This document shows, one piece after another, positions 40,426 through 50,277 of a stretch of DNA of 64,000 nt (the first letter of the stretch is position 1; each line of letters opens with the position of its first letter). Position numbers and translations under genes: made by a program. The notes below the pieces were generated by a model. That model was not told the origin of the DNA, did not search any database, and worked only from the letters and a program-made list of their open reading frames with translations. The stretch lies in IMG/VR virus record IMGVR_UViG_3300028886_000001. One strand, written 5' to 3'. Source of the DNA: a virus. Taxonomy: Duplodnaviria; Caudoviricetes.

Positions 40426-41562
40426 CTAAATAAAGTTTAATTCTGATAAGAAGCTAGCTCCTTCATTATAAGAATAATCATCATATGATTCTTTAATAGA
40501 CTTTCTTCCTACTAAAGCAACACAGATAGCTTTTGCTTGTCTATTTCTATCTTTAATAGCTGTTAATTTAGCTCCATTAACTACTTGAGCTATAGCTAAT
40601 GCATCTTTACGTATTTTTGCCCAGATATTAACAACTTGAACAGCAATTGACATCGCTTCTTGCTCATCTTTATTTTTATCTTTATCTGGTATAGCATTAG
40701 TTAAGTCTCTAGATGCTTTATCTAAAGCTTTAGTTATATCTTTTATTGATCTTTCGAAATCAGATAAATCTTTCTTAGTTAAATCTATTGTTTTCTTAGT
40801 AGTAGAAATTATTGATAATAAATCAGAAGGATTAGTTCCTAAATCTGATAATTCTTTTTCTTCTTTAGATGTTTCATCATCTCTAAAATATTTAAATAGT
40901 TCTTCTGTAAATTCAGTAGAAGTACAAGAACCACAATTGATAGTTGCTCCTCTAGCCTCTTCTAAAAGATCTTGTTCATCTTCATTAAACTTTTCTACAG
41001 CTCTTTTGATCTCTTCTTTTTTTGAATCATTGTTCATATTAACAGAATTTACAATAGAACCATAATCCTTATTATAAGTTGCAAATGTGTTTCCACCATC
41101 TAGTTTTCCTAATGCTGCATTGAACATATCTTTAGCTTGAGCACTATTACTATCTAAATTAGTAAATTTAAATCCTTTAAATTTAAAATCTTTTAGATTA
41201 GCATTAATAACTCTATCTTTATACTTATCTGCAAATTTCTTATCATCTATAAGATAAGAATTTATCTTAGCAAAGAATTTTCTAAATAATCCTTTGATCT
41301 TTTCCCATATCTTTAAGAAAAATGCTTTAAGTTTTTCTATAAAACCAGATGCAGTACCTGATTCATAAACCATTTCTACTCCATTTTCTTGTAAGTAGCC
41401 TAGTTCATCTTTAGCAACAGCTTGCATTAATTTATTAAAATTTAATTCACTTTCAGCAACTATATTTAAAGCAGCTTCCATTCCTGGTTCATATTGGCAT
41501 TCAACAATACCAGTATTATCGAAATCTCTTGAATAATTTCTTCCTATTGAATATACACCCAT
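40426..41562 (-). CDS. internal head protein paralogue
   Basis: VYE|S..FIEKLKAFFLKIWEKIKGL; VAES, IKES and YNEG sites. Confidence 0.65.
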   Translation of the reverse strand: MGVYSIGRNYSRDFDNTGIVECQYEPGMEAALNIVAESELNFNKLMQAVAKDELGYLQENGVEMVYESGTASGFIEKLKAFFLKIWEKIKGLFRKFFAKINSYLIDDKKFADKYKDRVINANLKDFKFKGFKFTNLDSNSAQAKDMFNAALGKLDGGNTFATYNKDYGSIVNSVNMNNDSKKEEIKRAVEKFNEDEQDLLEEARGATINCGSCTSTEFTEELFKYFRDDETSKEEKELSDLGTNPSDLLSIISTTKKTIDLTKKDLSDFERSIKDITKALDKASRDLTNAIPDKDKNKDEQEAMSIAVQVVNIWAKIRKDALAIAQVVNGAKLTAIKDRNRQAKAICVALVGRKSIKESYDDYSYNEGASFLSELNFI

Positions 41563-41631
41563 TGTATTATTCCTCCTTTTAATTTATAATATTATTAGGT
41601 TCTAAATTAATAGAACCTAATATAATGTTTC

Positions 41632-42840
41632 TTAATATTCGTAATCTTCGAATGCTGATTCTATTTCAAAACCTGCTGATTCTGCTACAGCATCTAAATA
41701 TACATAATCACTATACATACTTTCATTAGTAGCTCTATAAGCAGCAGCTTTAGCAAATACTGTTCTAGCTTGTTTTATTTTAAATTTAGTTTCAGCCATT
41801 AAAGCAGAACAAGTTCTTGTAAAACAAGTATTATATAAAGATGCCATTCTGTGTGCAACACTTAATCTTTGATTATTTAATGCATTTGTTCCTACACCAG
41901 ATGGAAATGGATTTCCGTGTGAATCAACTAAACTAGTTGGTTTACCTTTAACTTCAATGTTTCTAGTTTCATTATCATCTTTATGAGTATATGATATAGT
42001 ATATGCATCTGCTGTACTATTTGCATTTTTAGGTATTTTTTTCATTATATCTTTTTGAGCCTTATCGATAGAATTAAGAAGAGATTTAAAAACCTTATCT
42101 ATATTATCTTGAGCTTTCTTAATATTTTCTATTTCTTTCTTGCTACCTACAAGAGTTGACATAATATCAGTTAATCTAGAACTATCTAATCCTTCTTCTT
42201 CTGTTTCACTATCAAAACACTCTTCATGTACATCTTTTGTAAATGATGATGAATCTGTTGATACACCTGCTAATAATGTCAATACTTCATCTTCTTTAGT
42301 TCCATCATCTATATTATCATTAATTTCTTGTAATTGCTTTTCATCCATATTAAATACATTTGATGCTCCTGATAATACAGTATCTATATTTGAACTTGAT
42401 ATTCTACTTGCAAGACCAGAAATTTTTGAATTGTCTGGTTCGCACCATTTATATTTCATCTTAGAAAGATTTTTCTTTAGTACATCATTCTTATATTTTT
42501 CAACAAATTTCTTATTATCAGTAATAACAACTTTGTTTAATTTTACAATAAAAGAATGTAAAAGACCTTTGATCTTTTCCCAAATCTTCTTTATGAAAGC
42601 TTTTAATTTATCAAAAGCTCCTCCTAATCCAGATTCTGTAACAATTTCTAATTCACAACCTTCTGAGAAAGCATAAGCTTCAGCAAAGTCTTGTCCTATA
42701 ACAGCTTCAAATATTGCTTGGTCATTTACATAGCCTTCAGTTAAAGCTACTAATGCACCATCTACGCCTCTATAATTTTCGTTAGCTACAACATCGTAAT
42801 GTCCACCAAGAGATGTTGAATTTCTTCCATATAAACCCAT
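41632..42840 (-). CDS. internal head protein paralogue
   Basis: VTE|S..FDKLKAFIKKIWEKIKGL; LTEG, TNES and VAES sites. Confidence 0.65.
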   Translation of the reverse strand: MGLYGRNSTSLGGHYDVVANENYRGVDGALVALTEGYVNDQAIFEAVIGQDFAEAYAFSEGCELEIVTESGLGGAFDKLKAFIKKIWEKIKGLLHSFIVKLNKVVITDNKKFVEKYKNDVLKKNLSKMKYKWCEPDNSKISGLASRISSSNIDTVLSGASNVFNMDEKQLQEINDNIDDGTKEDEVLTLLAGVSTDSSSFTKDVHEECFDSETEEEGLDSSRLTDIMSTLVGSKKEIENIKKAQDNIDKVFKSLLNSIDKAQKDIMKKIPKNANSTADAYTISYTHKDDNETRNIEVKGKPTSLVDSHGNPFPSGVGTNALNNQRLSVAHRMASLYNTCFTRTCSALMAETKFKIKQARTVFAKAAAYRATNESMYSDYVYLDAVAESAGFEIESAFEDYEY

Positions 42841-42954
42841 AGATTTATCATTCCTTTCATTATTTAATTAATTTTGCAGAATATAAGTACTGCAATTTAC
42901 TTGTATGTTTATTAATAAGATTATGGATAGAATTAAAATCATCCATAATTATTG

Positions 42955-43959
42955 TTAAAATAGTACTGAAGATGCAGAGTCTGGTACTGTATCTATTAAT
43001 TCATCAGTCTTAACTTTCTTAGTTTCCTTTTGAATTTCTTTTGTAGTATCAATTTCTGCCTTCTTAGATGTTACTTGAACTTTATTTGCTATGGTTCTAA
43101 ATCTTTGAGCAATAGATAGTTGCTTCTTAGCAATCTTATCTCTCTTATATTTATCCATAGTAGTATTATTCTTAACGTTATATGCATTCATTGTTAATAA
43201 GTCTGATTGCATATCAAAATAGTCAGATATTCTAGTTCTACTATAATAGAAGAAGAATATAAGTTCTCTTATAATTGGTATTATTGTTAATAATAAACCA
43301 ACTAAAGCTATACTACCAACTGCTATAGTTGTTCCAGTAAAATTCTTAGCATTAGCTTTTATAAAAGCATTTACACAAGAATCTATTTGTCCTTTATCAC
43401 AAGCAATATTAAACTTCTTAAGATTATCAAATAATAAATGATCTTTAGTTCTTACTAGAGAAACTTTATCAATCATTGTATCAAATGTTTCATCACTAGG
43501 AGTCTTTATATATTCTATAGAACTAGCTATCATAAATGAAGTAGCACTTACTATAGCTAATACTATAGTAGAATATAATACTATTGGTAATTCTATTTCA
43601 TATCTAAAAGCTTTCTCAAACATATCTTTTCTTACTAAGACATTGTTTATAGCTTTCTCTATAGTAATTATAGAATCAGCAGATTGTTTATATTCGTCTA
43701 ATATACCATGTATAGTTTTTACACAATCTACTAACTTCTCATAACTTTCAAGTTTAGTAATATCTCCCTTAGTCTTTGGTATATCTCCAAAGTCTATATC
43801 ATCAACTTTATCTACTATATGGTCATATAGTTTAGCAGTCAATGAAGATAATACAGCATTTTGATCTGCTTCATTTATAGCAAGCATGATCTTTCTTGTT
43901 TTAGTATCTGTAATATCAAAATATTCTTTTAATATTTGATTATAATCAGCACTGTACAT
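42955..43959 (-). CDS. virion protein with two hydrophobic segments
   Basis: INE|A site; IVLYSTIVLAIVSA and IAVGSIALVGLLLTIIPII. Confidence 0.6.
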   Translation of the reverse strand: MYSADYNQILKEYFDITDTKTRKIMLAINEADQNAVLSSLTAKLYDHIVDKVDDIDFGDIPKTKGDITKLESYEKLVDCVKTIHGILDEYKQSADSIITIEKAINNVLVRKDMFEKAFRYEIELPIVLYSTIVLAIVSATSFMIASSIEYIKTPSDETFDTMIDKVSLVRTKDHLLFDNLKKFNIACDKGQIDSCVNAFIKANAKNFTGTTIAVGSIALVGLLLTIIPIIRELIFFFYYSRTRISDYFDMQSDLLTMNAYNVKNNTTMDKYKRDKIAKKQLSIAQRFRTIANKVQVTSKKAEIDTTKEIQKETKKVKTDELIDTVPDSASSVLF

Positions 43960-43978
43960 TCTTTATTCACCTCCTTTA

Positions 43979-45334
43979 TTATCTAGCCATCTTAGTCATT
44001 AGATTAACTACTTTTCTGTCTAGACCATTATTATTTTCTCTTTCAAGATGATTAAATGATAATACTTCATATATATCATCTCCAGTATCATACATAAACT
44101 TAGCTGTTTCAGCAGCTTCGTCTACTATACATACTCCCATTAAGTTATAAGATTCCATTATAGGTCTCATAACATTTGGTTTTTCTAAATCTATATTCTC
44201 TGTTTTCTTTAAGTATTCTACTTCTTCTTGAGATATTACTAAAGTAGATATAGCAGAAGCATCATTAACTTGACCTAAAGATCTTCTTACTTTACTCTTT
44301 AATGATCTTCTTTCTAATATCTTCCATAGCTTAGAAGAAGAGCCTCTCTTTGATTGTGATAAAGCATCTACCTTAGCTTTATCGATAGCAAATAAGAAAT
44401 CTCTACAGAAAGATATTTCTCTTGTAGTAGCTCTTACTAATCCGAATAGTTTATTCTTATCTTTATTCTTTATTACTATTCTATTTAGTACATCTACAGA
44501 ATCTACTGGATATAATTTAGCTTTAACACCAATTACCATGTTTTGTGCAACTGGGTTATCTTCATACATATTAACAAAGTTTACTATCATCATAGTAGGA
44601 ACTAATTCATTAGCCTTCTTTACATCTGATGATATTAATTGATTTCTTAATAAATTATTGGCTTTATCTCTTGCATCTGCCATATTCTTTGCCCTTTGAG
44701 AATCATCAGAATAAGTATAATTATATTTAGTTATGGTTTGTTTTTTTGGTGCAGTTTTAATATACACTTCTTTAGATTGATTATCTTTACCAGCTTCTTT
44801 TACTACTCTAAGTTCTCCATTAGAAATAAAATTTGGTAATATTGAATAATCAGCAATAGAGTTTTCTGAAATACTCTCTGGTAATACATTGTTTATATTT
44901 CTTAAATCTCTTATTACGGCATCATACATACCTCTATTTACAACTGCTGATTCATTTTTAGCTACATAAGTATCTACTAAATCTACAAATGCATCTACAG
45001 ATATATCACTATCCATTTTAAGATTAGTATGGAACTTCTTTACATAGTCTATACCATCTTCTACAGCATCTACTGACATTGCACTAAAAAGAATCTGTAA
45101 TAAACTTACAGCTTTTCTTTCTGTTGCTTTAGCTATCATACTTGCATTTTCTATTGAAATATTATTACTGCATATAACAGGGAATACTAAAGTAAGATTT
45201 GATGTAGCACTAGCTACAGATTTGAATGATTTTTTTCTACCAAATAAACCTGCTATATTATCAGAATCTTTTACATCTGATATTACATCTATTATGTCTC
45301 GTATTACAGTTTCGTGAATCATATGTGAATTCAT
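43979..45334 (-). CDS. virion structural protein
   Basis: late promoter at 45362-45373; IHET, KNES and VKEA sites. Confidence 0.6.
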   Translation of the reverse strand: MNSHMIHETVIRDIIDVISDVKDSDNIAGLFGRKKSFKSVASATSNLTLVFPVICSNNISIENASMIAKATERKAVSLLQILFSAMSVDAVEDGIDYVKKFHTNLKMDSDISVDAFVDLVDTYVAKNESAVVNRGMYDAVIRDLRNINNVLPESISENSIADYSILPNFISNGELRVVKEAGKDNQSKEVYIKTAPKKQTITKYNYTYSDDSQRAKNMADARDKANNLLRNQLISSDVKKANELVPTMMIVNFVNMYEDNPVAQNMVIGVKAKLYPVDSVDVLNRIVIKNKDKNKLFGLVRATTREISFCRDFLFAIDKAKVDALSQSKRGSSSKLWKILERRSLKSKVRRSLGQVNDASAISTLVISQEEVEYLKKTENIDLEKPNVMRPIMESYNLMGVCIVDEAAETAKFMYDTGDDIYEVLSFNHLERENNNGLDRKVVNLMTKMAR

Positions 45335-45456
45335 ATTATTATTCCTCCTTATTATAAATTTTATTTTTATGTTAAACTATAAAAAATAAAGATTACTCAA
45401 TTAAGTGTAAATATTAATGTTTAGGCAAAAAATAAAACCTATGGATATTATAGATA

Positions 45457-45675
45457 TTATATTTCTATTACAATACGATCAACGTCTGGAAATTTTTTGT
45501 CCACCATATCTATAATTTTTCCTATATATTCTAAATCTAATTCTTGTTGCCTTCTTTCATCTTCTTCAGCCCATCTTCTCATACGTTCAATCTCTCTTTC
45601 TGTTTGTCTTTGCATTGCTTTATGGACTTCTATTTCTCCTCTACAAAAATAATTTGTTGGTCTTTCTATTCTCAT
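45457..45675 (-). CDS. small early protein, paralogue 3
   Basis: MRIERPTNYFCRG..AMQRQTEREI..MRRWA; GGAGGAG RBS. Confidence 0.85.
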   Translation of the reverse strand: MRIERPTNYFCRGEIEVHKAMQRQTEREIERMRRWAEEDERRQQELDLEYIGKIIDMVDKKFPDVDRIVIEI

Positions 45676-45823
45676 AATTACTATCTCCTCCGAATTTGTT
45701 TATTTATTATATCACTATTGTGTATACCTATTATGTGGGGATCGGATAATAATTAATTGAATATCCATAGGTCACAATTATAATATATAATTATAATTGT
45801 GATTACCTATAGATAAACTTACC

Positions 45824-46039
45824 TTATAAATTTATCTCTATTTCGGCATCAGGATATTTTGTCTTTATCATATCTATAACACTTTCTATATATTCTAACT
45901 TTAATTTTTGTCTACTTCTTTCATCTTCTTCAGCCCATCTTCTCATACGTTTAATTTCTCTTTCAGTTTGTCTTTGCATTGCATCGTGAAGTAATTGTCC
46001 TCCTCTGCAAAAATTATTTAATGGTCTTTCTATTCTCAT
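45824..46039 (-). CDS. small early protein, paralogue 2
   Basis: same N-terminal motif; AAGGAG RBS favours the MRIER start. Confidence 0.85.
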   Translation of the reverse strand: MRIERPLNNFCRGGQLLHDAMQRQTEREIKRMRRWAEEDERSRQKLKLEYIESVIDMIKTKYPDAEIEINL

Positions 46040-46060
46040 GATAACCACTCTCCTTATATT

Positions 46061-46309
46061 TTATTTATGCATAATAATATTAATAGTGTTAATATTAACA
46101 GTATTACAATTTATATTTCCAAATATATCCGAAAGAACCCCTCTAGCAATAGCCTGACCGTCTATATTATTAGCAATATCATTTTGTTCTGCATCTTCCC
46201 TAGCCCATCTTCTCATACGTTTAATTTCTCTTTCTGTTTGTCTTTGCATTGCTTTATGGACTTCAATTTCTCCTCTACAAAAATAATTTGTTGATCTTTC
46301 TATTCTCAT
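46061..46309 (-). CDS. small early protein, paralogue 1
   Basis: same N-terminal motif with a different C-terminus; early motif at 46342-46354. Confidence 0.85.
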   Translation of the reverse strand: MRIERSTNYFCRGEIEVHKAMQRQTEREIKRMRRWAREDAEQNDIANNIDGQAIARGVLSDIFGNINCNTVNINTINIIMHK

Positions 46310-46341
46310 AATAACCACTCTCCTTATATTTTATTTCATTA

Positions 46342-46354
46342 ATAATATACAATT
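46342..46354 (-). promoter_or_regulatory. early-type promoter (representative - strand copy)
   Basis: - strand copies at 19873-19885, 45780-45792 and 46342-46354. Confidence 0.75.
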
Positions 46355-46417
46355 AAAATATTATTTACATAGAGCAACATAACTATAATACATTTAATGA
46401 AAGGAGATGACGACAGT

Positions 46418-47581
46418 ATGGCTAATGAATCCAAATTTGATAAAAAAGAAATATATAGAGTGAAACAAGCACAAGATGATAAAATAGATCAACATATAGA
46501 TCCAGTAGAAGAAAGAATTCGTTGGGCTTCATATGGATTTGATAAAAAGTATCTTGTTAATAATGGTGAAGGTAAGAAAAAAGAATTTGATGATGCTATA
46601 GATAAAGCTAGAAAGCAAGCTATGTACTATACAAGATCTGAATATGAATGGTTTACTAAATTTCATAGATTTGGAGGAGGATTTACTCCTTCTAATATAT
46701 TTGGTCCTACAAGAGAATATGTGTTCTTTGTTAAACCAGATTTACATTTATATGATGTAGCAGATTCTTTCCATTTAAATGGAGATAAAGTACAAGAAGG
46801 ACAGCCTAATCCAGAATTAGCAGATATAGCATTCTTTAAAGATATGTATGATGATTACCCAGATGTATTAAATCAATTACAATCATCTCATAATGGACCT
46901 TATAATACAGGACCATTTATGAATTTATTATCTTCAGCAGCTCAATCAGAAGTAGATATGGGTTCTATATCTGTAACTGATGTAGATGGACCATTAACTG
47001 TATATGGTGATAGTATTATATATTCTGGTAACTCTCTTACTGAAGAATATAATAAAGACTTCTCATTAGATTTTAAAGATACTAAATACTTAGAAGTATA
47101 TAGATTATTTAAGACATGGGACCTATATAGAAATTATAAACAAATGGGAGCTGTTACTCCTACTAAGCAAGACTATATAATACATAAAAGACTTCATGAC
47201 CAATGCTGTGCATATAAGATAGTAGTTGGAGAAGATGGAGAAAGTATAATATATTGGGCTAAACTATGGGGAGTATACAATACAAATGTACCAAGAGATA
47301 CATTTTCTTCTATGCCTAAAGATGGTACTCTTAATTTTACAGTAAATTTCAATGCTACATTTACAAGAGACTTAGATCCATTCAGTTTATTTGAATTTAA
47401 TAAACTTACAGAGAGTATACCTAGAAATGAATCTCATATAGCAATTCATAATAATTTTAAAGACGATGCAGATTTAGATTCTCATGTAAATTATGATTGG
47501 GTTGGTTGTCCTTATATAATAAGTAGTAGAGATGAGTTAGAAGGTAGAAATATATATAAATTGAAATGGAGGAAAGCATAA
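46418..47581 (+). CDS. tail-tube-like baseplate protein
   Basis: FSLDFKDTKYLEVYRLFKTW and IIYWAKLWGVY..VP patterns resemble the tube fold; start codon uncertain (46397 or 46418). Confidence 0.55.
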   Translation: MANESKFDKKEIYRVKQAQDDKIDQHIDPVEERIRWASYGFDKKYLVNNGEGKKKEFDDAIDKARKQAMYYTRSEYEWFTKFHRFGGGFTPSNIFGPTREYVFFVKPDLHLYDVADSFHLNGDKVQEGQPNPELADIAFFKDMYDDYPDVLNQLQSSHNGPYNTGPFMNLLSSAAQSEVDMGSISVTDVDGPLTVYGDSIIYSGNSLTEEYNKDFSLDFKDTKYLEVYRLFKTWDLYRNYKQMGAVTPTKQDYIIHKRLHDQCCAYKIVVGEDGESIIYWAKLWGVYNTNVPRDTFSSMPKDGTLNFTVNFNATFTRDLDPFSLFEFNKLTESIPRNESHIAIHNNFKDDADLDSHVNYDWVGCPYIISSRDELEGRNIYKLKWRKA

Positions 47582-50277
47582 TGGCTAATGAAATAAAAAC
47601 CGATATATATGATATATCTAGTATGGTTGATACTATACAGAAGAAGTATATGGAATGCTTAGATCAAGATACAATGTATGTATCATTATATGGATACTTA
47701 AATGAAATGTTTTCTAATATAATTCAAAATTCTATTATGACTTCAATAGAATGGGGTAATGAGTCATTCCCATTAAGAGCTAAGTTTGAAAGAAGTATAA
47801 TAACTACAGCTATAAATTATGGAATAGAAGTATTAAAGGCTACTCCATCTCATATAGATGTAATGATAGGATTTATAGAGCATGAATTGGTTAAATTAAT
47901 GACATCTACTGATTTAGATAAAGCTAATACTATAATAATAGATAAAGATACTAAATTTAATATAGAAAGTTATGAATTCCATTTAGATTATGACTTAATG
48001 ATTACTAGAAGAATGGTTAAAACTGGTAATAAGATAAAGAATGATGATGGTGTTATAGTAGATGAGTATACTAATATATATAATGCTTCATATATAATGG
48101 ATAAGAAGAATAATATATCTGATGTAGATACACCATATTTACCATTACCAATTGTTCTTACAGTAAATGAAGATAACTTCTTATTTATAAGTCTTACTTT
48201 AAGACAAGTTAAACATTGTGTGTCTGAAGGAAAGATAATATCTACTAATGAATTAGATAATATTACTTATGACTTTACTTTTGATGAGCAATTAGCAGAT
48301 TTTACAGTTACAGTAAAAGAACCAGATGGCACTACTATAGACTTAGAGCCTATATATGAAGGTATGCCAAGTGATACTTATGAGCACTACTGTTTCTATA
48401 CTTATACTACAGCTAATTCTATAAGATTAAAATTCGATAGAAGTTCATATCAACCTACATTGAATTCTAATATAATAGTAAATTACAAGACTACGTTAGG
48501 CTCTAAAGGTAATTTCTCATATAATGAAGATATTACTATGAATATTAATCCTTCTAATGCTTATGCTGGTTCTACTATAGGTATAGTATTAAGACCTAGT
48601 GGTGATGCTCAAATGGGATTAGATAAAAAGAGTGTAGACGAATTAAAACAAATAATTCCAAAAGAAATGTTATCTAGAGGATGTATATCTACTCTTACAG
48701 ATTTACAGAATTACTTTGATACTTATGATGATACTAGATTAAAATTCTTTAAGAAGAGAGATAATCAATTTGAAAGATTATATTATGCATATCTATTAGC
48801 TAAAGATAGTTATGGTAATATAATACCTACAAATACTTTAAGATTAAAGATTACACTAGACGACTTTGATTCTTGCAAAGATAATAGATATACTCTTAAT
48901 GCAGGACATCTATTTGAATTAAATACTACTACAAATGAAATGACTATAAGAGATGATCTTATAGATGAAGAACATGGTATAACACCAGAAGTTATAGAAG
49001 AAAGTAAGTTCATATATAGTTGTCCATATCAAATAGTAGTAAATAGACAACCATCATTATCTTACTATCTTACTTATATAGACGATACTTATCCAGTAGT
49101 ATTCAAGTATAATAATTCTGATAGTCCAATGCAATTTATAATATCATCTGTAAGATGTACTAAACCTTATAAAGAAGGAGTATATACTATATCTTGTACA
49201 GCTACTAGAACAGTAAATAGCGAATTCCCTGTAGTAGAAATGGACTCTGAAGGAAAGATAACTAAGTCTTATCTAAAACCTGTATTAATATTAAATAGAG
49301 GGGAGTTTAAATATTATACTTTTGGTAAAGTAGTAGGTATAAATGAAATAGGATATGAATTAGAATTTACATTGAAGTCTGATAATACTATAGATATGGC
49401 TAATAATATCCATATATCAGATATATATTTTGGAGGAGATACTGCTCTTACTAATGTATTTATGCCAGAGTCTATAGGATGTACTATAGCACTATATACT
49501 TTAATGGATATAGATTACGATAATCCTACAACAGGAAGTAGCTTAGATGATATAGTAAAATCTAATCCTAATGAGGATTTTGATACTTCTACATGGACAT
49601 TAAGTAATATATATGATTTAGGAACAAAGCTTAATCTATTTTATAATTATTCTAATGTATTGAATTCTACTATAGTATTACAAGAGAATACTAAAACTGG
49701 TGGATATGATTATATAATAAAGAGTGTACCATGTGTAAGATACTCTTATATAAATGATCCTATAAAGTGTAAAGAGTTTATAGATTATATTAAATTCAGA
49801 AAGACTTATATAGATACATGCTTAGAATATCTAGAGAATAATTTATCTATAGACTTTAAGTTCTTCAATACTTATGGTCCAGCTAAGTTATTTAAGATAG
49901 ATGTTGTAGATGCTGATGGTAATGATGCTGGTACTACTGAATTAGATAGAGTTAATATTAAATTAGTATTTAGAACTAAGCTTACTACTAATGCTGTAGA
50001 TGAAACTATAAGTAAGATGAAGCAATCTATAAAAGGATATGTAGAAGATTTAAATAAGCTTACTAGTATCCATATGACTAATCTTACTACATATCTTACT
50101 AATGAATATAAAGAAGATATAGAATTTATAGAATTCGTTAAAGTAAACAACTATAATGCTCTTACACAGTATCTTAAGAGAAATGAAGTAGAAAATGTAG
50201 AAGATGTTCCAGAATTCCTTAATATAGACTTATCTACAGATACATTAGAACCACAGATAGATATTAAGGTAATTTAA
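47581..50277 (+). CDS. baseplate wedge protein (T4 gp6-like)
   Basis: ESFPLRAK..SI, YKTTLGSKGN and G-DKKSVDELK..DLQNYF motifs; GGAGG RBS before ATG 47581. Confidence 0.75.
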   Translation: MANEIKTDIYDISSMVDTIQKKYMECLDQDTMYVSLYGYLNEMFSNIIQNSIMTSIEWGNESFPLRAKFERSIITTAINYGIEVLKATPSHIDVMIGFIEHELVKLMTSTDLDKANTIIIDKDTKFNIESYEFHLDYDLMITRRMVKTGNKIKNDDGVIVDEYTNIYNASYIMDKKNNISDVDTPYLPLPIVLTVNEDNFLFISLTLRQVKHCVSEGKIISTNELDNITYDFTFDEQLADFTVTVKEPDGTTIDLEPIYEGMPSDTYEHYCFYTYTTANSIRLKFDRSSYQPTLNSNIIVNYKTTLGSKGNFSYNEDITMNINPSNAYAGSTIGIVLRPSGDAQMGLDKKSVDELKQIIPKEMLSRGCISTLTDLQNYFDTYDDTRLKFFKKRDNQFERLYYAYLLAKDSYGNIIPTNTLRLKITLDDFDSCKDNRYTLNAGHLFELNTTTNEMTIRDDLIDEEHGITPEVIEESKFIYSCPYQIVVNRQPSLSYYLTYIDDTYPVVFKYNNSDSPMQFIISSVRCTKPYKEGVYTISCTATRTVNSEFPVVEMDSEGKITKSYLKPVLILNRGEFKYYTFGKVVGINEIGYELEFTLKSDNTIDMANNIHISDIYFGGDTALTNVFMPESIGCTIALYTLMDIDYDNPTTGSSLDDIVKSNPNEDFDTSTWTLSNIYDLGTKLNLFYNYSNVLNSTIVLQENTKTGGYDYIIKSVPCVRYSYINDPIKCKEFIDYIKFRKTYIDTCLEYLENNLSIDFKFFNTYGPAKLFKIDVVDADGNDAGTTELDRVNIKLVFRTKLTTNAVDETISKMKQSIKGYVEDLNKLTSIHMTNLTTYLTNEYKEDIEFIEFVKVNNYNALTQYLKRNEVENVEDVPEFLNIDLSTDTLEPQIDIKVI

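Noticed and set aside
45437-46318. Paralogue triplet as a DGR, retron or transposon
   Set aside because: Differences are not adenine-specific; no RT or transposase; no clear target-site duplication
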